Source: Antedon mediterranea (taxonomy: Eukaryota > Animalia > Echinodermata). Taken from it: 64,000 bases of DNA. Positions 50,101 to 62,100 of the stretch are shown here, in pieces. Location: NCBI RefSeq assembly GCF_964355755.1, contig NC_092676.1, forward strand, positions 7,107,888 through 7,171,887, given 5' to 3'. Each line of letters opens with the position of its first letter. The first letter of the stretch is position 1. A model generated the notes under the pieces. The model did not search any database and was not told where the DNA came from. It saw nothing but the letters and a program-made list of their open reading frames with translations. Both the position numbers and the translations under genes were made by a program.

Positions 50101-53100
50101 ACGTGGGTTCGCAACTTTCATCAGTGATCTCTTACAGCGATGCAAAGTGCAGAAGGCGGTTTCTTACGGGTTGTTAGCATCGGTCTTTAACAGTCGCAAA
50201 CAGTACAAGAAAACAGATGCCTGGAGAGACTCGCAGCTGATAAAAGAGTTAAACAATCGTGACAGCCAAGGAGGTGCTCAAGCGTTCCAGTCACAACTCC
50301 TCCGTCTCATTCTGGTTATTATTATTCTTGAGGATCAGCTGTTCACGTTGAAAGATGACACCGAGTTGCTAACACCCATCAGATCCAGTGAGTGGGACCA
50401 ACGTATAAGGGTGCAGAGACAAGGAGGTTCCTCATTATCCTTCCTGCGCTCAGAGAGGTTGTGCTGCCAAGGAATGCTGCTCACTGCCATACTGTTTGCC
50501 TTGAGGCAGCAACACATCTGCCATATGCATCGTCATTGGATTACCGTGGTTACAGATGCTCTGCCATATTTGGATAAAGGTCTACCAAAGATAACCGTTC
50601 CAATGGCCACTCAACTGTGTCGTAATTTGGAGCTTTTAGCAACACTCTATGAAATTTCAGATGACAAGAAAAAGTGAGTGTTAATAATAATAATCTATTT
50701 GTGTTGTGTGTATACTATTGAGAATCTGTGAACATTAGTATACAAATATTTGCTTCGCTCAGGGGCATGGTTACAAATATAGCCCAGGGTGGTCTGGAGA
50801 CTATACAGAAGTTAACTATCGTACTTGTAGGCTAGGGCTAGCTACACGCAATTGTCGCCTTGATTGTATTTAAGAAGATAGAGGAAACAGACATGCGCAG
50901 TTTAGCCGGTCTATAGTTCGATGGCATGTACTATAGACCAGCGATTAACCAATCAGATGCTGTGAATTGTGCCAGTCCCAGTATATATAAATACTATACT
51001 ACTACTAATAGTAATACAGTACTATATTTTATGCTGACTCACTTTCTAACAGAATACTTTTTTATTAATTGCAGCACTGTTAAAGAGTTAAGTAACGTGC
51101 CACCAGACCACGTAATCACTGTTTTGGAAGGACTCACTACAATGTGCCACTACAGCCTTCTAGAATCTACGGCTAGCCTGTCCACGATGACAAGTAGACA
51201 CACTACCGGCGGCTCAACAGAAGCTGAAAACAGCTCAAACACTCAGATTTTCTCTTCCATATTTGGTGCTTTCTCAAGAGACAAAACCAAGGTTTTTATA
51301 AATATTTATAAGACCAAGGCAATCTATCAACAGGATGTTGAGCTTGCCTTGCCAAGATAGGAACTTGTATTACAGTCATTTGATCTTATGTCTGGCTGCG
51401 ACAAATTCATAGTAGATGTGGTTACAGTACCACAGTACCAAGTACATAATTCCATAGTTTCTGTTTAGAGGCATGGAACTGATTGTGTTGCAGCCATACA
51501 TCAACCATTGATCTAGCAGAGCTCAGCATCCTGTTATGTTGTTAGATTGCCTTGATAAGACTGATTGTACTAAAGTCATCATAAGACTTTGTATAAAGAA
51601 ATTGTTAATGCATTCCAAGTAAATCCCAATTTCTAATTGTTGAGACGAGTAGGGGGTTACGGTTTACCCCAGTGTACAAGCTCACACATACACTGTCGTG
51701 GATAGACGAATAAGTCCACAGCGCCATGAGCAATGATTGTTGAAACGGCGCTATATGAATTGAAAATAATATTATTATATTTGGGAATTTACAGTACTAT
51801 TATTTATATATTAATGACTTTAAATTTTAAATACAAAGCTGAATTACAGATTGAACTTATTTGGCAGTAAATAACATCACATAAATGAATTAAAAGGGAT
51901 AGATAACATTTAAATTTTATAATCTCATATGACAATTTTCGCTGATTTAAAAAGTTATTAGTAGTTTCGCTTAAAGTTACTTCAAAGGCATTATGAACCG
52001 CATTCCAATCAAATCCTACATTGATCAATAATTCTGTAATTGTTTCAGGGTAATTCCAGCCAGCCAGCCCAAGCACACAACCCTAAACACGAAGCCAGGA
52101 AAGGCCTACTGGTTATGCTGCCACGAATCGTAACAAGTATCGCTACGCTGTGGAATGTGGTCCAGCAGTGCGAGAGATTACGAGAGAACGTCAGTAAACC
52201 TACAGAGTTGCCTGACTGGAGTATTGGCTCACCTAAGGTAAAATGGAGCTTTTTTGATTTGGGATGACTGTTGATGGTGGTGGTAATAGTAATCTGTTCT
52301 AAGGCATGCATCCTATACAATTGTGTTTGTATGGATGTAATTGTTTGTAGAGGAAGTCATCCACCCAGCCTTAAGCTCTGTCTACACTATCAAAATGTGT
52401 GATGTGCGCAAATATGGTATTGGTAGTGATATGCCCAAATATGGTAGCGATATGCCCAAATATGGTAGTGATGCCCAAATATGGTAGTGATATGACATCA
52501 TGTTCATATATGGGCACATTACATTTTTTTTGTCACAGTTTAATAGTGTACACAGAGCTTTAAGCTTACTTTTCTATAAAAGAAAAGCTTTTAAACCAAT
52601 CTATTTACAAAACAGAGCTCACACAAGAAACCTCTTGAAACATGAAAGTACTGTTTAATATTTGTTTCACCAACCCTTAAAGATGTATTGTCCCCCAAAA
52701 ACATTAAAATCAAACTTTGAATAGTCACTTCCATAGGGAAAAAACACAAATAATAATGTTTACACTTATAAAATAAATGGTTAAATTCAACCAAAAAACC
52801 CTAACCCTAGACGTCTCCAGCCAGACAACACCAAATCTCTGCTTCTTCAATTAAGAAAACACAGCATGTTAATTTGTTTTTTGTTTTAGGCTGTTCGGCA
52901 ACAGATTTTGGAGTTACTAAGTCCTATTGCATTACATCATAACACAAACCTATTGGCAGCTATTGGTGTCGTATGGAGCAACTTGAGAAACAAGGCAAAA
53001 ATTGTGACCAAGAAGGTACGTATACCTTTGATTTGTTATAAAGCTTCGTCCTCTCTAAAATAGCCATCTTTTTAAGACATTGCGATAGTCACGGACTTAC

Positions 53101-56100
53101 TGTTGTTATTCGTGATGAAATGGTTTTTGCTTTAATTGAGTGATCACCATCAAAATGTAATTTTGTTAGATTTCTTTATGGAGAAATTTGAGAAACAAGC
53201 CAAACCTAGTAATAGACAAAAATACAGTAATATTCCTCATTTTGGACAACCCTATTAAGGAACATCACTATTGAGGGTATACTTTTCTCTAAGTGAGGGA
53301 CAATGTGTGTTTTAACACTACGGCCAACCCTACTTTGAAGGTGACACTTCAGGATTTTGAGAATAGTGTGGGTTAAAAGTGGTGAAATCAAGTGCAGAGT
53401 TTAATTTGATGTCCCATCTTCACTTGAATCCGCCCCTGCTTTTTTGGTCACCTAAGGGGTCCTCTTTATTAGGAGTTCTACTGTTATGTATAAATACATA
53501 CATATATTTATAAACTTAACAGGCACAGATCATATATTTCATTTAATTTTAGGCATTGCCCCAGGCAAGTGATGAAGATCAATCATTATTTTATTTTGTA
53601 TCCGTTGAGATCCAGCCACTGATAACCACAGTATTGTCATTTTTTCAGTAATATGCCTATATATACATATACATATATTTTTCATTTATTTTTAGGCCTT
53701 GCCTCAGGCAAGTGATGAACAGCTAACGTTAGTTGACCTCATTACAGCTATCCGAGCCCTTCCAACTGACACGTTAATACAAACAATTAAACAGGTTTTA
53801 AAAGTACCTCCGTTCACCATTAAGAATAAGGTAAGTAGTAGTTATTATTTTTATTTTCTTTTTTAATTTAAAAGATGTATTGTCTCCCAAATACATGAAA
53901 AATAAATTAAAAAAAAACAGATTTTGAATAGGCCGTTCTGCAGTTTTAATAAAGTTAAAATGTGAAAGGTGATTAGGTGAATTCTAAAAATATGTCTAAA
54001 GCTCTACACTATCAAACTACTGTAGTTTGATAAAAAAAAAAGTGCCCAAATATGGTCGTGATATTCCCAAATAATATGGTAGTAATGACATCATCATGTC
54101 CATATATGTCCACATCAGATTTTGTTGTCACATAAAATTTGATAGTGTAGACAAAGCTTAAGTGAATACAAATCATATCCTTGAGATATTTATTGAATAA
54201 ATAAAAATTATGTTTATGTTTATGTCGCCTAAGGTTTATTGGTGAGTACAGCGACCAGCTCTTTTAAGGAGTTTTAAATACACAACAAAAAACAAAGATA
54301 TAATACTGTATAACCAGGGAAGAGTTGGTATAACATAGATTTTATTTTTGTTCATGCTAATACAAAAAAATAAACAACAAAGTAGACTTATATTTGATTG
54401 GATATTATTCAGTCAGATGATTGATCAATACTTAAATCAGACTGCCTGTGACGTATGTAATCTGCTATCTTTTTCAACCACCACCATTTAAACTTATTTT
54501 AATTTTAATTTTAACCGGTGGCCATGACTTAAAGTTTGTTTAACAAACTTATTTTTGGCCTCCATCCACACGCCACCTTATCCTAATTTTGTTATTTCAG
54601 TTTAACGAATACTATATTATATTATCATGTGATTGTATTTATTTGTGTGTGGAAAATCAATAAAACAAACAAACAAACAATGTATTACAGTTAATATTAC
54701 ATTATTATAACAACATTAATATATGTATGAGTATATTATTATTGTTATTGTTTATATTGAAATACTAATCATTATGTGAACACATTTATTTCAATATCTG
54801 TAAAAACTCAATTTAGTTTATAAAGTGCTTTAATTTGTTATGCTGAATAAAGCAGATAACCTGAAAATGTACAGTAATGATTACTGGAACTATAGTACTC
54901 ATTATAGGCCGAACTAAGGGGTTGTGTCCAGACCTCATCACCTGTTCCTAAACTAAGAACTACCAGGTTGCTGGCAGAGCTAGAGTATATGCCATTCCCA
55001 TATGAAGAAACCATAGTGTCCCCATTCTTCTTGATAATAGTTCCCATATAGTTTCCACTTTTAACCGCTTTCTTCTGAGATGTGTAATGAAATATGTAAG
55101 TGCCTGGATACTGACAAACAAACTTTCCTGTTTTCTTATCATAGTGATTGCCTATGTTTGTGATAACATGGTTGTATTTCATCGGATCGCTTGCAGAAAG
55201 CTTTCCTGGGGTTGTTTTATAAACGACGGAGAATGCCGATTTCTTCTGGATTATAGGAGCAGCGTGTTCTCCTTTATCTCCTTTTCTCCCTAGATCTCCC
55301 TTTAATCCTTTATCACCAGTAAGACCCATTGCACCTTTTTCGCCATGATGCCCTTTATTTCCTGGTAACCCTTTGTTACCGGTAAGACCCACTGGACCAT
55401 ATTTACCATGGTGTCCCGTATCTCCCTTCTCTCCTTTTGGACCGTCAATCCCTGCATCTCCCTTTAGACTTGTCAATTGCTCTGCCTCTCTTTTTTCTCC
55501 TGTTACCTCTTGGATTTCTTGTGGAGGACAAATACATTCTTGAGTACCAGTTGATTGAATAGCACAGATAAGACTGAGTTCTATCAGAATTGTAACGTAC
55601 AACATCTTGGAACTTATCTGAAATCGGTAATATTTCCCGAAAATGAATCCAATTGTAAATTTTCAAACAAATTATTCTTAAAACAAATAAACCAAGCCCT
55701 TTGGAAAGTGACTGCAGAAATCAACAGAGGATGCACTATCAATGGAGAACAAAAACTTGTATCCTGAATTTTAAACAGGCTTTTATAATCCACTAAAAAC
55801 TAAATAAAAAATATTCACCATTCACCACTGCGACTAAATCAATTGACAATTTTCATCATGCGCCATCAAGGACAAATAATTATCTTGTTCATTTGGCAGC
55901 AGGTGGAAAAACTACCCAAAGAAGAACAAAAAAATATATAATTTCTACTTACTAGGCACTGAAGAAGGTAAACTTTTGTCTTGTAAGTTGTTAATACAAC
56001 AATACTTAAATGTGTATTGTTTCTCAATGTGAGCGAGCCGCACCACACCGATTCTTTTATACACTTTGGTGTGCATTATTTCCGTTTGTAAATTCAATGC

Positions 56101-59100
56101 CACATTCCACAAAAATTCCCTTTTAAATCCAAGCTCTTTCACACAGTTCCTTATTCTGGGAATTGTTTTCCCAAGGAAGAGTAGGATTTATCTTGGTCTT
56201 CCTTGTTTTTCCAGATGAAAGTTTTTTTCCTGTCAAAATGTGTGCTTTAAAAGTTCTTGCGGATAATATTTAAACAGCAGTTTTGTTTCCTTAATAAGTT
56301 CAGGTTACAGTAGTTAAAATAATTAATGTAAGATAACTGTACAAATATATATCCCATAAAAGCAAAAGAAATGAAAGTATAAATTTATTATATATAAAAT
56401 TATAACTCATGAATAAGATATTGTATCTCATTAAAAAGATTCATTCGGTTGGTATTACAAATAAAATATAATAGTTAATTATATCTTAATAGTAATAGTA
56501 AATAACGATTATTTTATTTACCTGACGTTTCGCCAACTATCAGTTGGCTTTCTCAAAGTGTAGTGACACGTATGTCACCGTTGACCTCTCGATGATGTTT
56601 AGTAGTCAAGTGTGGACCAATGTGTTGACCACGTCATCTAGAAGTCAACAGTGACATACGTGTCACTACACTTTGAGAAAGCCAACTGATAGTTGGCGAA
56701 ATGTCAGGTAAATAAAATAATCGTTATTTACTATTACTATTACGGGTGAGATATAATTAACTATTATATTTTAGATATTGTACCTCTTGCAATAATGATC
56801 ATAAACATTGTTGATCTAAGCTGTATTTATGAATTTTGTTTATAAACTCTCCGAGGTGTTAATTATTTGCGAGGGGTTTAGCGGGGCGTTTATCCGAGTC
56901 ATTTATAGATGTGGAAGTCAATGAATTTTACTAAATATATAAATGTGTTATAATACAATATTGTGTGTAATGCATGTGGTGGGGCGTTTATTTGGAAGAA
57001 CAAAATTAGGACCATGGGGCGTTTATTCCAAACGATGTTCTATGCCGGGAAGGATGTGTTTATTCAAAGCGGGACGTTTAATTTAATAAATGTAGTATTT
57101 GTATTCCTATTAAACGGTTAATGCCTCTTTTTTTTTATTTTAGAACCAACCCTCTTTAGAAGTTAGTATGCTCCAATTTCTGTATGCCTATGTGCAGCGT
57201 TCTGGTATCGTTGGAATACGAGATTCCTGGCCTTCATTGTTGTCTCTGTTGAGAGACGGACTACAGTTGACCCTGTCTCCTCCTGGCCAGTTTATGCTGT
57301 TTGGGTAAGAACAAAATATGGTGTATTTTTGTTAATTTTTTGATGCGAAAACGAGGCCTGGGTTCCATTGTAATTTTCTTTTTTCATTTCGTTAATTAGG
57401 ATTCTAAATGAGTTTGTGCATCGTGCTCCACCTTTCGAGGAAAGAAAAGACATCCGTGATTTACAGGACATTACGCAAAAACTCATTGAAGCCTGTAACC
57501 TGATTGCTGGATCATCGCTCGAACCCACGACTTGGCTCAGAAGGAACGTCTCTGTCAAGTTTGAGCCACAGAAAAATGTAATTGGCGACGGTAAGTTAAA
57601 ATATTGTATTATAAAGAAATAATGAAAGAGAATGGGGAGAATATTTTTTTAACACATCTATTGTTATATAGAAACGTCTTTTTGAAAAAGCCGTCTTTAT
57701 AACACTCTGTCTACACTATCAAACTTTATGTGACAAAAAAATATGTTGATGTGCCCATATATGGACACAATGATGTCATAACACTACCACAAAAAATATG
57801 TGATGTACCCATATATGGACACAATGATGTCATATAACTACCATATTTGGGCATATCACTACCATATTTACTTACTTCTTCTTTATTGTATCAAACAAAA
57901 AAAACATTTTTTCCTTTGAATAATTATTTTTTATGACAATAAACACAAAACTTGTTTTCTTAGGAACTGATGACGAAGATGGTGATAACTTGAAAGACAC
58001 GACAGCCAGTGTAAATGCTAAGAATAAGCTGTATTCACAGTACAGTGTACATGCTCTTACAATATTAGCCGAAGTATGAATTTTGTTTATATTATTATTA
58101 TTTTAGTATTTGAAATAAGAAATAAATATACAAAAATGAAAATATCTGTTTATTGTGTATGAACATGCTGTAAGTAAACTTGTCTTTCTGTCTGTCCCAT
58201 AGGCGGATTCAAGTTGGGGTGGGGTTAGGGGATTCGGGGTGGGGTAGTGTGTGTTCCCAGTCAGCTGCTAATTGTAATGAAAATGATAGGACACTAATTT
58301 CAGTTGGACACCTACAAATTTGCCATTTTTAGGTCCTGTGCCCCTTTTTTAAAATCCTGGACCTGCCATTGTGTCTATGCCTGGTCATTTCATTGGCATT
58401 ATAGGCCGATGGAACAATATATTTAGTTTTTTGGGCCTAAACTGGGTGTATTATAATTAAAAAATGAAACATTGTCTGCTTATTAAGTAGAAAATTATGG
58501 TTGATAATATTTGTGTGTTATTTATTGACTCTTTTTATAATACAATTTTGTTTGTACTATAGTTACTTGCACTGTTACTTGATCTAGTATACGGTAGTGA
58601 TGAGAAGGATAAAGTGCTCCCTCTATTAACATCCATCATGCATAACGTTACACCTTATCTGAGAAATCACAGGTAAAGATCTAGACAATGCTCAGTCATA
58701 TCAGTTATACAGATTATTAGTTTGGCCCAATGTACAGAAATGTAGATTGTTAATGGAAAATATATACACAAAAAAATTGACGTACCACAGAATATGAACA
58801 GTTTTGAAGAAGAGCTGCGAAACGGCTTGAGAAATTGAAAAAAAAAATAAACTTTCAAACTATTTGTTGTTTTGTCAACTCTCCTAATACCGCACTCTCT
58901 TAAAACCAGAAACTCTCCCAATACCAGGAGTCCAAACAGTCACAAATTTCTATTTACTATTAAAAACACATTCCGAATACCAGACTTTCCGGAAAAGTGC
59001 TATTTTGATATAGCTATTAAAATTGAATGTACTAACATTGAATAAACTGATTGCGAACTTAGTATCGTTATGTATTTTTTCAGTGCACAGAATGTTGCAA

Positions 59101-62100
59101 GTTTCCGTGCCTGTACCAATCTGGTGGCGAGTCTGAGCGGTTACCAATACACGAGGCGTTCTTGGAAAAAAGACGCTTTTGAATTGTTACTTGATCCAGC
59201 CTTCTTTCAAATGGATGCTGTTTGTGCCAATGGGTAAGTTATTCATTTATATCATTTACAATAGAATTCGTCACAGGAGCGTATCTACACGCTTCCTCTT
59301 TTGACAGCTAAATAAAATTCTTTACTAAAGCTCTGTTTACACAAACTAATGCATAAAATTAACAAGGATAAAAATTTTTTTGTCAAACTTGATTTGGTAT
59401 TGTAGACAGCTTAAGATCAAATTAAATCAAATATTCTTTATTCATCAAACATAACACATTGTGAAATACAACAATATATGAATACATTTAATATAAAGAG
59501 ACTATTGATAGTGTTATATTTATTCATGATCGCTTTTACATATCTAGATGGCGCTCTATCGTTGACAATCTTATGACGCATGATAAGACAACATTCAGAG
59601 ATTTAATGGGTAAGTTTATATATTATATATAGTTATATATAAAATTAAGCACAAACTATTTTGTTGGGGATTTCCTACTTGGTTGCTCTTTGACTGCTAT
59701 GCACATTTTCTGTTCCTAGAACATATCAATAGAATGTTTGTTTAGTATCGTTTTGCTATTTAATAAATTAACTCCAAAACACCCATTATTGTAATCCTAT
59801 AAAAAATATATAACGGTGGATTTAAAAATATAATGTATTGTGGCCGAGTGCTTAAAATTAATTAAAATAAGTTTGTTCAATGAATTTTAACATCAGTCCA
59901 GAGCCCTGTTTTTTTTAGAAGGGTGTTTTTTTTATTATTACCTTTTTTTCTATGTTTATGAATTTTCGTATTTTTATTTTTAAGGTCGTGTGGCTGCCAT
60001 ACAGAACACCTCCTTAAATCTTTTCACGAGTCGTGAACAAGAGATGGACCAACGTGCGCAACTTTTGAAACGGCTCTGTTTCACACTTTTCTGTAGCGAG
60101 ACTGACCAGTATGTACGTTTGCTACCAGACATACAAGAACGACTTGCAGAGTGCCTGCGATTGGTCAATGTGCCCGTCGTCCACGAACAGGTGTTTGTTT
60201 GTTTTAGAGTTTTGCTGCTTAGGATTTCACCACATCACCTCACAGGGCTTTGGCCGACGATGATGTCAGAACTTGTAAGTTGTTATAGCTAATTGAATTA
60301 ATCATTAGGGAGGTTTCGCAACCTTACGAATACGATAACGAAAACGGATACGTCACACATTTGTGAAACTTTTGAGCTGATCCCCATTTTATATACGTAA
60401 ATCGTATTCGTGTTGACGAATATCGCCAGTCATATTCGTGCCTACAAAACGAGTATAGTTTTTGATCCATTTTGCATTTGAATCCGGAATGATTCATGAT
60501 TATAATATAATTATAGATTTATTGAAAGTAATTTACTAAAGTAATTTACTAAAATGCCAGGTAAATTTTGATAAATTGCAGTTTTTAAAGTCCTCACTCG
60601 CTTTGATGTTACGCTAGGCCTAGACAGCTGGCCAAGCACCAAGCAACACGTACCTGCGCTTCGCTCTAATTTACCGCAGTCATATTTTGGACGGCGCTCT
60701 CAATATTTTGTTGCCATGCGAAAAAGATTTTTACTGGCTTCCGAAAAACGAATACGTGTGCGTAACGTATCCGTTTTCGTTATTGTATTTGTAAGATTGC
60801 AAAACCTTTCTATTGTATATTATGTTTTACTATAAATGTTTAGAAAGGACTGTATGAACAATTAACTACAGATGCTAAGATATTCTTTTACTTTCCCACG
60901 TTTATGTTTTAGTTTCTTTTTCTAAACCGTTTCCTTAACTTGTAAAAAAAAAAATTCAACTTCCTTTTGCTGGTAATTTGTACATTTCTAAGTCAGAGTT
61001 CAGTAAACTTGGCAAATTGCCAATATTGTAACCAACAAAACTCTGGTGTCTGTGTTTAACAGAACTAAATTGTAGCAATTGTAATTATATAGCAACCTCT
61101 AGTGTTTGGTGTAACTTGTGTTATCAATTGTAATTAATATATAGCAACCTCTAGTGTTTGGTGTAACTTGTGTTATCAATTGTAATTATATAGCAACCTC
61201 TAGTGTTTGGTGTAACTTGTGTTGTTAATTGTAATTATAGAGCAACCTCTTGTGTTTGGTGTTGGTTGTAACGTGTGTATGAATTGTAATTATATAGCAA
61301 CCTCTTGTGTTTGGTGTTAGTTGAAATGTTTGTATCAATTGAAATAGTACTATAGACTTAGAATTTGGAGTTGATCACTTACTAAATTACAGTGGAAAAA
61401 TGAAAGTATTTCTTTAACATTAGGAATTTCACTATTTTTTAGAATGTTAATCTTTTTGTTTGTTTTTTTTTTATTTAGGTTCAGGTGTATTTACATATGG
61501 AAGAACAGTTAAAAGCTGTACAACAAGAGCAGGGTAAGCCATCAACTATGAGACGTGTTGCAAGCGAGTTTTCTATATTTGGTAATAACCAAGTACGTAT
61601 TACAAGGGAATGGCTTGGCTGTTATTTGGCAGCCTGCAAGTTCTTGGACATGGCGCTGTCACTTCCAACTGAAATGCTGCCGCAATTTCAAGTGTAAGTT
61701 GTAGGATAGAGGAACTATCACAATACTGGTATAGTAATATGAGTATTGATACAAATATATGCAGTACCAGGTAGGCTGCCTAGCTTTTAAAGCCATGAAC
61801 AATATTGCCCCTCGATACATCACCCAACGATTTTCCACTGTTCCGATACACTCTATGAGGACTAGGACTGCTTCCAGGGGAGACTTGCTGGTACCCAAAG
61901 TTAAATTGGAATGTTTCCGGCGCTCTTTTATTTATTCTGCTTGTATTTTATATAATGTATTACCTTCTGTTTTGAAAGAATGTACCAATATTAACTCGTT
62001 TAAATTTAATTTTAAAAAACACATTTTATCGTAATTGTTTAATTGAATTTTTTTGGATAATTATTTTTTTATATAATAGTTTTAAATTTAAATGTATATA

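Noticed and set aside
49060-50577. Antisense and alternate-frame ORFs within the large DOP1 exons (also 43912-44534 and 54960-55666)
   Set aside because: They are shadow ORFs of GC-richer coding sequence with no recognisable motifs.
52395-52500. Regular 21-bp repeats (atgcccaaatatggtagtgat) resembling a CRISPR array or a repeat protein (ORFs 46575-46853, 47915-48109)
   Set aside because: There are no unique spacers. The repeats are internal to a TIR/TSD-bounded MITE present in more than ten copies in a eukaryotic locus.
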